This document shows positions 1-12,035 of a stretch of DNA of 64,000 bases, piece by piece. The notes beneath the pieces were generated by a model. That model worked only from the letters and a program-made list of their open reading frames with translations. It made no database searches and had not been told where the DNA came from. A program made the translations under genes and the position numbers. This stretch comes from Malacoraja senta (lineage: Eukaryota): contig JAXLNO010000357.1 of NCBI GenBank assembly GCA_038087875.1, forward strand, positions 1 to 64,000. Reading direction: 5' to 3'. The first letter of the stretch is position 1, and each line of letters begins with the position of its first letter.

Positions 1-1399
1 CATGGATTGTGATAGCATGTCCATCAGCCAGAAACCATCTGTAGTCCTTGAAGGTTGGAGGATTATAACATTCACTTTATCTTCTGCATTGCCAGCCCCA
101 TGGGCTTAGATAAGCAATACGGATGCAAAACACCACAGCTGGACCCCAGTCTAGAAACGAGGAAGCTGATGATTGCAGGCCATGTTTAGACCAGGCATTT
201 TCATTCTTTAATTGAATGACTCAAGGACTGAAGCTGATGGACAGGTGTTCTCCAATTAAAACCTATCAGGTCATTCAACCCACAGTGTCAGTGCCAAACA
301 TCATGCCTTTCTTCCGCCCTTCAGAATGATGGCTAGAACGTGTTTGGAAATGTTGACATTTCTGTGAGGAATTGCTGGCATTTCACATAAATATCTGCAT
401 AAATATGGGCATCCTGAACTCCTCACTAAGAATTTCCAAAGTGTACAATGATATTGCATTGCTCACGTATTGTTGCTGTAGAGTGCAAATTTGCAACAAT
501 CCTTCATCAGTCACACTGGGGTTGTTAGCCACATCTGGCATGCTAACAGTAAGCTCATCCATTTCATTGGATAGAACTGTTCCTGAGCAAGATTAATATT
601 AGAATTTAATTTTGAATCAATTATAGTTAATTTCTACAGAGAAATATTCCATGTTTTTGGTAGGTCTGTTCTGGTTCTGTCCTCTTTATATTATTTACTA
701 GGCGAAGGTAAAGCTGGCATGCAGAACCTCACCATATAGGATCTTGATGGCACCAACAAGCCAACACTACTAAAGACACAAAAGATAAATTCAGATTAAT
801 CTCTCCTCATCCGATCACTTTCAGTTTGTCTATCCTACCCACCGTCTTCTTTGCAATTTGAAATCCTCCTTTTTTATCTCTTCTATTTCTGACAGGGTCT
901 CCAATTCGATACATTAACTCGTTTTCTTTTTCCTCACCTGCTCCCTGACTTACTGACTATTTCCAGCATTTTCACTTTTCATTTCAGATTTTCAGCATCT
1001 GCATTTTAGTTTTAGTTTTTATATTTATATTGTCAGTCAATATTAAGTGTGGGAAACTTCTGATCATCTCTTTGCAATGTCATTTTCAGCTAAGATGAAC
1101 CACGAATATACACAAAATGGCTGCAAATTTATGCTTCGTGTAGCAAAGATGGAAAGAAAACTCAAATTAGATGAGCATTTTGGGAATGAATACTCCACCA
1201 ATTATTTTTGGCATTTATCAATACAAAGAACTTTCAGTTAGCAATTACTGCCCATCCTGCCTGCTTTATTGGAGGTGCAAGACACCATTTAAGGTCTGAG
1301 AAAACAGGCCAGTGTGTTTAATTACAATTCTGATGCAAATTTGATCTGGTCAAAATAAAACCACCATTATTTGACATTACGGGTCATGACACTTCTTCA

Positions 1400-1528
1400 C
1401 ACTGAAGGGTCCTGACCTGAAACATTACCCATTCATATTCTCCAGAAATGCTGCCTGATCCATTGAATTACTCCAACACTTTGTGCTTTTTTTTTGTAAA
1501 CCAGCATCTGCAGTTTCCTGTGTCTCCA
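1400..1528 (+). mobile_element. Degenerate Penelope-like terminal repeat fragment
   Basis: ctgaagggtcctgacctgaaacatt...ccagcatctgcagtt matches the hammerhead-bearing repeat elsewhere in the window; ribozyme core eroded. Confidence 0.7.
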
Positions 1529-1549
1529 ACAATATTTCCCTCTGCCTCA

Positions 1550-1578
1550 TTATATATATATATATATATATATATATA
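1550..1578. repeat. (TA)n microsatellite
   Basis: Run of TA dinucleotides. Confidence 0.95.
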
Positions 1579-1754
1579 ACTAATTGAGATAGCCAGTGAT
1601 ACTGCTCTCATCTCATGACAGGAATTCCTTGGATTGATTTTTCTTCTCTCATGTTTTAAATATTAGGAGTTACAAGAACACACCATTTCTCAGCCACAGA
1701 CTCGAGGTAATATTCTGTGTGTTTCTTTTCAATATGGTTCTAAAGTTTATGAAA

Positions 1755-1884
1755 AGAAGGCAGGAGAATAGGGTTAGGAGAGATAGATCAGCCATGATTG
1801 AATGGCAGAGTTGACATGATGGGCCGAATGGCCTAATTCTACTCCTATCACTTAACATCTTATGATCTTATGAACTTATGAACA
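1755..1884 (+). mobile_element. CR1 LINE 3' UTR fragment
   Basis: gatcagccatgattgaatggc...gggccgaatggcctaattct followed by cttatga-type tail, as at 40590-40705 and 60140-60255. Confidence 0.8.
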
Positions 1885-3026
1885 TGACTTTCATTTTTTT
1901 TTCCAGAAAGATAGTTAAAAGCCTCACCCCAGGAGCCGATTTTTTTTCATTTGCAATTACCTTTTGTTGTGCCAGTGCCAATCATGCAGAAGCTGGAGAC
2001 TGAGTGTGCACTTTAGCTGTCAACCTCCATTCAGGAGATTTGCAAACTCATTTAGGCACTGGCAGAATTTATTCCCTGCAAAGTGAAAAAAAACTGCCAG
2101 CTTTCCTCAACTTAATGCATACCGAGCATAAACAAATCTGCACAGGCTTCAATATCGCTCAGGTTTAGCTTATGGTGTTAAAGAGCCAGGATATAAATTA
2201 CCACAATTTTAAGAACATCATTCAAACCACTAACAGAATCAAATCTATTACCAGAGACTTTACTGTAATGGACTACTTGCATCACTGCCACATTTAAAAC
2301 CCACTTTTCAATTGGTAGAAAGAAGTATAGCTGTAATCCCATTACTGAAATTGATCCTCGGCATCAGCTGAGTACAAGAACTAAACACTTCCTCTAGATG
2401 CAGATGAAATATGATCGTGACCTGAAAATCTCAAAACATGCTCTATTCCTGTTTCTACTAGGAATAGTTACTATAATAGAGGCTCTTTGTTGTTCATTAT
2501 GTCTCTCACTATAGTTCACACAGCTTCAAAAGTTCCTCCCAAATTCTTTGATCAGAATCCATATGATTCCAAAATATCTAACATACAAGCCGCTAATATT
2601 GTGACTATTGCTAGATTCCTAGAACGTGGATAGAACATGTTTTGGGATTTCCAGGTTGTGGCTGATGATTTGTGATGAATACAAGAAGAAGAGCAAGACA
2701 TCTGACTAACACAATTCAGACTAACACAATTCAGAAATTTACCATTGACCCACCCTCAAAATCTGCTTAGGGAGAGGATTCCCTATTTCTAAAAAAATTC
2801 CGTCAACAGTGCTTTCTTGGATCAGACATCTCATCAATAGTCTTGTTCTAATTTTGACGTTAGGTCTCTTTTGTATTGTACTCTTTCTTGCGAAATAAAC
2901 CTTCTGCATTATCTAGTCCTTAAAGGACCGGTCCCACTTAGACGATTTTTTCAGCGACTACGCTGTCGCCACGTGGTTGCGGGGTGATGCCTGTATGGTC
3001 GTGAGTTGTCTCCTCAAGTCGCCTAA

Positions 3027-3325
3027 TGCCCCTGTCCCACTTAGGAAACGGCTGCCACAGAACACGGTAAGTCCTTTAGAGAGCGCGGGAGGGAGGTAGA
3101 GAAGGGGAAAGAAGGGGAGAGAAGGACAGAGAAGGGGAGAGAGAAGGGGAAGAGAAGGGGAGAGAAAGGGAAGAGAAGGGGAAGAGAAGGGGGGAGAAGG
3201 GGAGAAGGGGAGAGAAGGGGAGAGAAGGGGGGGAGAAGGAGTGGAGACAGTTTTAAGAAGTTTAATAAAGTTAGCGGGCATTTTACCTTCCGGCAGATCT
3301 TCTAGGTCCTGAAAACCAAAGATCC
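3027..3325. mobile_element. Second Harbinger-type MITE left arm, nested, with (AGAAGGGG)-like purine minisatellite
   Basis: taa|tgcccctgtcccactta TIR at 3027; purine repeat about 3090-3245; no right TIR found. Confidence 0.6.
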
Positions 3326-3327
3326 AA

Positions 3328-3837
3328 AGAGCCGCGGCCTCCGGTAAGTAATGCGGCCGTTCCAGGTGGCCCAGCCGCTGAGAGAACTCTCCCGACGCCG
3401 GGGCAACAGCACCCGGTGAGAACGGCCAGGAACATCGGGCCTCCGTAGAGGCAATAGCGGAGGCCTCAATAGGCCTAACTTTGGGAGAACTGGGGATGGG
3501 GACTGGACATTGTGCCTTCCCCCACAGTGGTAACCATTGTGGGGGAATGATTTTTGTATGTAGCGTCTATTTTAGTCTGTGTCCAAGATGGCGGTCGGAA
3601 GGGAGAGTGGACGCTGGCGCGGTTTAGCTGCCGCTGCTCTGTCTTCACATTGTGTTTCTGATTTGGTTTTTTTTGTGTCTTTGGATCGAATTCTGTTTTT
3701 AATTTGTGTATTGGTGATGTCTTTATAATTTATTTTACTCCGATTATATGTTTCTTACTTGTTAAACTCTGTAAGGTGTCCTTGAGACTTTGGTATAAGG
3801 CGCCCATAAATAAAATTGATTATTATTATTATTATTA
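3328..3837 (+). mobile_element. Non-coding retroposon with L2-type 3' tail
   Basis: GC-rich body, then gtaaggtgtccttgag...aaggcgcccataaataaa and (TTA)n tail typical of L2-clade ends. Confidence 0.65.
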
Positions 3838-4435
3838 TAAGGAGTCATAACTCTTTTCTTGTCGCTGCTGGATTTTGAAATTTTCAAAATCTTTCGGCGA
3901 CTATGGGATTGACGTAGCTTGTCTTCTCCTGTATCAGGTGCTGTCATAGGTTGTCGCCAGGATGACGCAGGTTGTTGCCAGGTGACGTAGGTTGTCGCCG
4001 GGTGATGACTTCGGTGAATTCCATTGGCAACAACCTACATCAACCCACGTCAAACGGCGACAGACAAATATCTTCAGTTGTCGCCGACAGGGTCGTAGCT
4101 TGTCGTAGCTTGTCGCGGGTGGACATAGGTTGACAAGTTGTCGTAGGTTTTGCTGTAGGTTGTTGTAGGTGTGGTCGTAGGTGGACGTCCTAATGGGTCA
4201 CCAGTTGTCAGTAGCTTGCCGTAGATCGACGTCGGCTAGGTGGTAGGTTGTCATAAACATTGTCGTGGGGGGGGTCCAGTCGCCGGTTTTTCGGCGACCT
4301 GCTACGACTGTGACTGTCGCTGGCAGTCGCCAAAAAAATCGCCTAAGTGGGACAGGCCCTTAAATAATCTTAAACATTTCAACATCATCTCCTATGGTAG
4401 CAAACCTAGGCTCACAACCTGAACCTTTTATGGAT

Positions 4436-4865
4436 TAGTGGGCCTCCTCCATTGTCAGAGTGAGGCCCAGCACAAATTGGAGGAACAGCACCTAATTTTT
4501 TGCTTGGGCAGCTTATACCCCAGCGGTATGAATATTGACTTCTTCAACTGACTCTTGCTTTCCCTCTCTCTCCATCCTCTCCCCTTCCCAGTTCTCCGAT
4601 CAGTCTGACTGTCCCCCTGACTACATTTTATCTCTGTTTGCTTTGTTGTCACCTTCTCCAAGCTAACAATGATCTATTCTACATTTTCCTTGACCTGTAT
4701 CGCTTTTGACGTCTCATTTTTCACACCTTACCCTTCCTTATCTCTATGTCTCCCTCTCCCATGCCACTCAGTCTGAAGAAGGCTTTTGACCCGAAATGTC
4801 ACCCATTCCTTCTATCCAGAGATGCTGCCTGTCCCACTGAGTTACTCCAGCATTTTGTGTCTTTC
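4436..4865 (+). mobile_element. Penelope-like element 3' end (GIY-YIG endonuclease C-terminus plus terminal repeat)
   Basis: Translates QSEAQHKLEEQHLIFCLGSLYPSGMNIDF; hammerhead-like core at 4773-4800. Confidence 0.8.
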
Positions 4866-5080
4866 CTTTTATTTCCAGTATCAGTCTGGTAATCAGATCT
4901 CCAGTTTGTGATCAACAAGCTGGTTTTATTTAATCTGGCATCAAGGTGAATAAACGAATGAAAACTTCATTGTCACATGTGACAAGTCACAGTGAAATTC
5001 TTTGCTTCAAACCTTGCCAAGGTGTGCAATAGTCGCCCCTGAAGGGTGCTTACAAAGTTACAATTTCCCACCCTTATACT

Positions 5081-5325
5081 ACATAGAAACAAAGAAAATA
5101 GGTGCAGGAGGAGGCCATTCGGCCCTTCAAGCCAGCACCGCCATTCATTGTAATCATGGCTGATCATCCACAATCAGTAACCCATGCCTGCCTTCTCCCC
5201 ATACCCTTTGATTCTTCTAGCCCCAAGAGCTCTATCTAACTCTCTTTTAAATTCATCCAGTGAATTGGCCTCCACTGTTCTCTGTGGCAGAGAATTCCAC
5301 AAATTCACAACTCTCTGGATGAAAA
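5081..5325 (-). mobile_element. CR1 LINE 3' end
   Basis: Reverse complement closely matches 54350-54600 (VVNLWNSLPQ, 3' UTR, ttctatg tail). Confidence 0.9.
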
Positions 5326-5829
5326 ATGTGAGGGTTCAGGGAGGGCACATGGGAGAGAGGGGTAAGGTAAAGGGGAAAGATTCCCTCCCCCACCACTTCT
5401 ACCCACATCCCTTCCCCAGGCTTCATAATTCTCAACTCCAATCCTTTTGTCTCACACCTTCTGTCTTTTCATCTTTGGCCTTTGCCCACCATGAGGACGA
5501 ATGGAAGACACATTATTTCCTATCAACATAATCCCTGTAAGGGAAATAGTACAGTGGCATGTTTGTAGAGCAACTATGATGTCGTGAAATATCGCAGGAC
5601 ACTTCACAGGAGTGTTATCAAACAAAAGTCAGCATAGAATGACAAAAGACGACTTTGGGACAGATAATCTGAAATCTCATCAGTAATGTAATCTTTAAGG
5701 AGAGGCATAACTTGAAAAAAGAACTGAAAGGCTATTGAAATAGACAGTAAGTACAATATACTATTTACGGAAGATTTTGAATGAGTTTCATAGATGCTCT
5801 TTCTAATATGTTTAACTAAATCAGATAAT

Positions 5830-6110
5830 TTTTGTAACCTTTACAGTCCCTTTCTCTCAGTCCCTCCGCGACACTAGTTATTCTGCTGGTTTTACTGTTT
5901 GTGTCCCCTCATTATCAACTCCTCCACAGCCAACAATTGACCATTGTGGGCTCTTTGGCTATCAGTGCCAGCTCTGATTTGTTCCGTACCTTCTCATAGT
6001 CTCTAGTTCCCCTCTCCCCTGACTCTCAGTCTGAAGAAGTGTCTTGACCCAAAACGTCACCTATTTCTCCAGAGATGCTGAATGAACCATGTCTTTTGTG
6101 TGTATCTTCG
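5830..6110 (+). mobile_element. Penelope-like terminal repeat fragment
   Basis: Pyrimidine-rich tract then ctgaagaagtgtcttgacccaaaacgtc (GAAA mutated). Confidence 0.7.
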
Positions 6111-6799
6111 ATTTTTTTAATTTCAATTGGATCATACCATTGGTAGCTTGATCACATTTCCAGATTTGGGGGAAAAAAAGGCACATGTTCCATTTCTTAT
6201 TTGCATTTGTATTACAATACATTAAAATATAGCACAGGTTAGAACTTTGACCTGGATGGTAGCACCAGATGGAAGGGGTCAAATAAACTATCCACGATGC
6301 TCTTCAGTTTCTTTGAAAGAATATAATGGGCCATGTAATAAGTGCCCAAAAGGATACCACTCATTTATCATTACTGCCCAAGGCAAAGCTTCACTTTCAT
6401 TTTTTAAATAGACTACAATTAAAATATTATGCTTATAACTTTGTTCCCTTCATCATGCAAAGATGAGCATTTCTCTCTGAGGAGATCACTTGAAGGAGTT
6501 AGTATAGCTATTAAATTGATTTAGAACTATCAACTGAGGTGGAGGGAGTTAGCTGGAGTTAATTGGCACCGCACCTTCACCAAGGAGTTGAAGCCTCATT
6601 AAAAGGGCTCAGGGACCATTCTCCACTGTCATTCTGAATCAATTACTCTCTCAGAACAAGTACTTTACTGACTACTTAGAGCATCGCAGAATAGCAGAGC
6701 ATTGTAAGTATAAGAGTGGGAAGGAGCTGTCTAAAAGCAGCCAACTCCAGGAGGTAGTTTACCTGTTCACCAAGGACTTGGACTTATGGGAAATTAAAC

Positions 6800-6949
6800 A
6801 TTCCCTCTGCCACTTGAGTGAAAACAGAAGAAGCAGCTGGAAACAAAAACTTGAAGAGCTTCATCCAGACAGCATCCATAGTCAGGATCAAACCTGGATC
6901 TCTGGCACTGTAAGGCAGCAACCCTACTGCAACGCCATTGTGCCGCCCC
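6800..6949 (-). mobile_element. Old tRNA-derived V-SINE 5' part
   Basis: Reverse-complement similarity to the SINE head at 38256 (A and B boxes). Confidence 0.65.
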
Positions 6950-9094
6950 TTGATTATAGGGTAAGGTGAGGGTAGGGAGATAATGTGATACCATGTAGAA
7001 AAGAAAATGAAGGGAGAGGGGAGAGGCAAATAGATAAATAAAAGAAAACAGCATTGAGTTGGAGAGCTGCAGGAGAAATAAAATAGACCACAGAATATCT
7101 GCAATCGCCTATGGACATATCAGCTTAAGGTATTTGGTATTTCAGATGGGGACATTGCAATTCTGGCATTTATTCGGGGGTGATTGGGTGGCACAGTGTT
7201 GGGATGATAGATCAAGGGGACACCGCCACAAGCACGTCATTATGGAGGTATCGTGACTCGTGGTTGGTAAAGCCCATCTGAATTTTCAGAGCAATGCAAC
7301 ATGACCCAGAAACATTCATTATTGCACTTCACACTGCGAAAGGGAAGAGAAAAATTCAATTTGCACTTGCATAATGCTGAAAAGCAAAAATGTGATGCAA
7401 TTGAATTTCCAGGCATTTATAAATGCAAGCACTTTCTTTCGTTAAAGCAGCTGCTAACTCGGATAATCAATCTTCTTCAACACTGGGACTGGGAAAGGTA
7501 CAATCATGACAATAATTAACACAGGTCTCAGTGGAGTATGGTGACAGACTTGCTGACTGGTTGCTTTTCCTACTTCTAATCACAAACTGTTAAAGTTTCA
7601 GCTAAGCCAGCACACAGACACCACAAAACCTTGATTAACTCCCTTAATCCATTTATGATCGGTTACCAGGTTTTGTTTATTGCAGAGCATTTTAAGTTAA
7701 GAAGTTTAAGATGAGGCCTGTCTGTTACATGATCAATGGCTTAGACTGGTTTAGCTTAAATTGGCATGCAATTTCAACTCTTTGAGCCTTAACTTTGGAG
7801 AGTAGACTCCCCATTGGGAGTACAGATTTGGTGAATCACCCTTATTTTATATTCCTCTGAATATATGTTTCCCTGTTTAATATCAAACTGAAAAGAAATC
7901 CAAACTTAGATTAACCTTCAACAGTGTGCATATCAGTAGATAGATGCTAATGATATACATTGCAGTAGGGATGAAAAGCTCAGAGGTATGTCATGAACTG
8001 CCAAATTATTTCACAGAGGTATTTAAAGTATACAAATCAATAAACTATGAAATAATGGCAAAAAATATTAAGTATTGAACTTAATTCAAGGTGCACCAGG
8101 CATAACATTTTTTTCCGAAAATTGACGATATTTCATTCAGTGTCAACTGAGGATGTACAGTCAATTAATCACAAGCAATCTGAATATTGGTCAATAATTC
8201 ATCAGTGGCATTGAAGCAATGTTTCCTCGTGAATATTGTGCGAGAACTCTATAATTTATATATATTTTTAAAAAGTGCTCAGAGCTGTAGGTTTTCTGGA
8301 AAATTAATCAAGGTTCAAAATAACTGGCGCAGCAGAACAAATTAAGCTCCACATAGATCACCGTGTACTTTTCACTTATTTTTCTGCCAGAAATTTAGGA
8401 ACTGCAATAGGTCATTGAGTAGAATATTTAGCCTTTGAGCTAATTTCACCAGTACATTAGATCTTGAACTGCACACAAATTGCACTTCCTGCATTTACTC
8501 AAAATCTCTAGATACCTCATCTAAAAATTCAGCTTGAGCTACCACTTTTTATTAACTCACAACTTTTTGATAAAAGAGTGTCCCAAATTTTATGTGAAAG
8601 CACTTCATTCCTAGTAACCTGGATTTAATGGCAAGGTTATGTCTCAGTCTCTTTCTTCCTCCTGAGTCTCTCATCATTCATTCCATACAATCCATTATTA
8701 TCTTAAACTCTTCACTTGGATCATGTTTCCACAATCAGGAAATTACTCAGAGCTGCAAGGATCCTATTGTCATTGCTTAACTTTGGTATCATTCTGATGA
8801 GTATGGACTGTAAGTTCAATGGAGTCTTCAAGACAACTCCACAGTACTTTTGACAGGATCTTACCAAGCCTCAAATAACTTTAAAAAATATATTTGGGGG
8901 TGATTGATGATAACGATAAGGTCAACATAAAGGCCATCCATTAGATCAATATCAAGGCCAATATTTATTCCCCGTCCCCAAATTATCAACTATATTGGTG
9001 GGTATGAAGTTACATATAGATTAAACCAGGTAAGGTCTATAGCTGGATATGTGTTTGATTGTCAGTACAGATTGGGAGGGGGGTGGCTGAAGAA

Positions 9095-9555
9095 GAAACA
9101 GTGCTAAAGTAGCTCAGAGGGTCAGGCAGCATCGCAGGAGAACATAGATAGCTAATCTTTTTGGTCAGGATTCTTTTTCAGATGGATTTTGGTGGGGGGG
9201 GGAGAAGTGGGGGGAAAATAAATCTGGAAAGGAGGGACAGGACAAAGTCTGGCAAATAGGCCAACACAGGTGAGGAGGTTTATTTGATAGGCAGATGGTT
9301 GGACAGAGGCCAGAGATGAAAAGCCAAAAGGTGTGAATCAAAAGGATTGAAGAATAACAAATTATGAAGCTAGATGAAGGAATATATCTGGATGGGGAGA
9401 AATAGATGAGAATCTAGATGGACACAAGGGGTGGAGATGGGGTGGGGGGGTGGGTATTATGAGGATAGAAGGCAGGGGGGGAATATTAGGTCTTTCCCCA
9501 ATACCTACAATTGGGGAATTCAATGTTCTTACTATTGGGTTTTAAGCCACCAAAG
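9095..9555 (-). mobile_element. Degenerate Penelope-like 3' end
   Basis: Reverse complement of terminal repeat (ctcagagggtcaggcagcatc), purine-rich UTR and endonuclease C-terminal remnant. Confidence 0.6.
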
Positions 9556-10310
9556 GGCCTGTTTCCATGTTGTATGCAATGCATGTAAAAGTTGGCTTTC
9601 TGGAAGTTGATGAAATTCTCTCTGTGAAGCCATATGACACTTAAACTGAACTCTTATGAATTCCTGAAGACATTCATTCTTTTGCTAACCTTGTTTTTTG
9701 ACTGATAGAAAAGGAGATTATTGCATGAAGAAAGGAAGGACACATTTATGCAGCCATTTCACTGTGCAAGGCGATGATTTTGACATGGAAGTCAGAGATA
9801 TATGTAGGAGACCAGATGCCAGTATTTGCCACTGAACTCACCACAGAACCCAATAGAGGACTGCAGCTCTACTGAAGAGAGGGGCCCGCATTTCATTCCA
9901 GGGATGTTAAAAGTACTGCAACCCATTCCTTTAAATAAGTCACCAAGCATCAATAGAATGCAAACTGCAGCTGAAAGGGTTGTTTATTTTATTTTTTATT
10001 TATTTTGCTTGCTTTTAATTAATTTCTAGCATTTGTTTCTTTATGTAAATTAATTAACCAGTCTTTTATATTGAATTTTCAGAATTATTTAAATCACTTT
10101 GAACTATTTATCAGAGATTTAATAAGGGCTTTTGAAGGGCATTATGGTGCCCTTATGGTGATATGCTTCGGGATCACTTAAGTAGCATAACATCAATGAA
10201 TAACAACCATTTTGTGGTGTCAGGCAGAGAAACAAGTGGTGCATGTGGCAATAGGAATAACATGAATTTAAGAAGTATATGTTTGAGGCCAGATAGAGCA
10301 AATATATGTA

Positions 10311-10627
10311 GTTTAGTTTAGCTTAGTTTAGAGATACAGCATGGAAACAGGCCCTTCGGCCCACCGAGTCCTCACCGAACAGCGATCCCCGCACATAAAT
10401 ACTAATCTATACACACTAGGGACAATTTACACATACACCAAGCCAATTAACCTACATACCTGTATGTCTGTGGAGTGTGGGAGAAAATCTCGGAGAAAAC
10501 CCATGCAGTCACGGGGAGGATGTACAAAATTCCGTACAGGCAGCACCCGTAGTCGGGATCAAACCCGGGTCTCCGGCGCTGCAAGCGCTATAAGGCGGCA
10601 GCTCTACCGCTGCGCCACCATGGCTGT
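10311..10627 (-). mobile_element. HE1-like tRNA-derived V-SINE, full length
   Basis: ggtggcgcagcggtagag A box, ggtttgatccc B box, central domain, gggccgaagggcctgtttcc CR1 tail and (taaac)n. Confidence 0.9.
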
Positions 10628-10706
10628 CGTATTTGCAAATGCACGCATTATTTTGCACCGCAAGTGCTGGAAATCCAAGGAAAATCTGAAAAACTCAGTG
10701 CAACTT

Positions 10707-11408
10707 GGGGATGCGGGACCCACATGTCCCGTTTATATCAACGGGTCGATGGTGGAAAGGGTCAAGAGTTTCAAATTCCTGGGCGTGCTTATTTCCGAAG
10801 ATCTCTCCTGGTCCCAGAACTGATGCAATTATAAAGAAAGCACATCAGCGCCTCTACTTCCTGAGAAGATTACGGAGAGTCGGTATGTCGAGGAGGACTC
10901 TCTCGAACTTATACAGTAGAGAGCATGCTGACCTGTGGCTTGGTTCGGCAACTTGTGCGCGCAGGAGCGGAAAAGACTGCAAGAAGTTGTAAACACTGCC
11001 CAGTCCATCATCGGCTCTGACCTCCCTACCATCGAGGGGATCTATCGCAGTCGCTGCCTCAAAAAGGCTGGCAGCAACATCAAGGACCCACACCATCCTG
11101 ACCACTGCCTTCAGGTAGAAGGTACAGGAGCCTGAAATCTGCAACATCCAGGTTCAGGAACAGCTGCTTCCCCTCAGCCATCAGACTACTAAACTCAACT
11201 CAAACAAAAATCTGAACTTTAATAGCCTATTGCACTTTATCTGCTTATTTATGTGTATATATGTATTCAATGGTATATGGACACACTGATCTGTTCTGAA
11301 TTTATTTATGCCTGCAATATTCTGTTGTGCTGAAGCAAAGCAAGAATTACATTGTCCTATCGGGGAGACATGACAATAAACTCTCTTGAACTCTTCAACT
11401 TGAACTTG
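10707..11408 (+). mobile_element. Rex1/Babar LINE, 5'-truncated and frameshifted
   Basis: ORF pieces VERVKSFKFLGV, KKAHQRLYFLRRL, IKDPHHP; AATAAA and (cttgaa)n tail; near copy of 44280-45000. Confidence 0.9.
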
Positions 11409-11790
11409 CATCTGGAAGAAGGATCTTAAACCTGAAATATTAATGCTGTTTCGCTTTTTGCAGATGCAGCATATCCTGCTGAGTTTCTGAGAAGTTTTCT
11501 TTACGCTTTTTCATTGCTCGCTGATTATACAACACCCACAATTTCACTAATTTTCTCTTTGACATATTTATCTTTTTAACATGAATTGCCTTTCAGGAAC
11601 ATAATTAAGAATCACTCTTTGATATCACTGCTGCAGTGTTAAATCATCTGTACTAACGTAGAATTGGTTGGTTATTGACTTTTCAGCATCAATATGGAAT
11701 CTGAATACGAATAATAATACCTTACAAGGTCACTTTTTTTCACGTTTATAAACTCTTCAGTTCACATTCAAACTATGATTTGATTTCATG

Positions 11791-12035
11791 TGTAGGAAGG
11801 AACTGCAGATGCTAGTTTAAACCAAAGATAGAAACAAAATGCTGGAGTAACTCAGCAGGACAGGCAGCATCTTTCGAAAAGAAGGAATGGGTGACGTTTC
11901 GGGTCAAGACCAGTCTGAAGAAGGGTCTCGACCCGAAACCACTCTGATGAATGGTCTCGACCCGAAACGTCACCCATTCCTTCTCTCCAGAGATGGTATC
12001 TGCCCCTCTGAGTTACTCCAGCATTTTGTGTCTAT
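11791..12035. mobile_element. Inverted Penelope-derived mini-element with tandem hammerhead cores
   Basis: Minus-strand arm then plus-strand arm; imperfect 18 bp TSD ctatgatttgatttcatg (11773-11790) / ctatgatttgttttaatg (12036-12053). Confidence 0.85.
11915..11971 (+). ncRNA. Two tandem minimal hammerhead ribozyme cores
   Basis: CTGAAGA-a-gggt-ctcg-accc-GAAA (11915-11938) and CTGATGA-a-tggt-ctcg-accc-GAAA-cGTC (11944-11971). Confidence 0.7.

Larger units (their letters stand above)
2924..4360. mobile_element. PIF/Harbinger-type non-autonomous DNA transposon with nested insertions
   Basis: TIRs aggaccggtcccacttagacgatttttt / aaaaaaatcgcctaagtgggacaggccct; TAA TSD at 2921-2923 and 4361-4363; gtcg/gtaggt-rich internal repeats. 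Confidence 0.85.
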
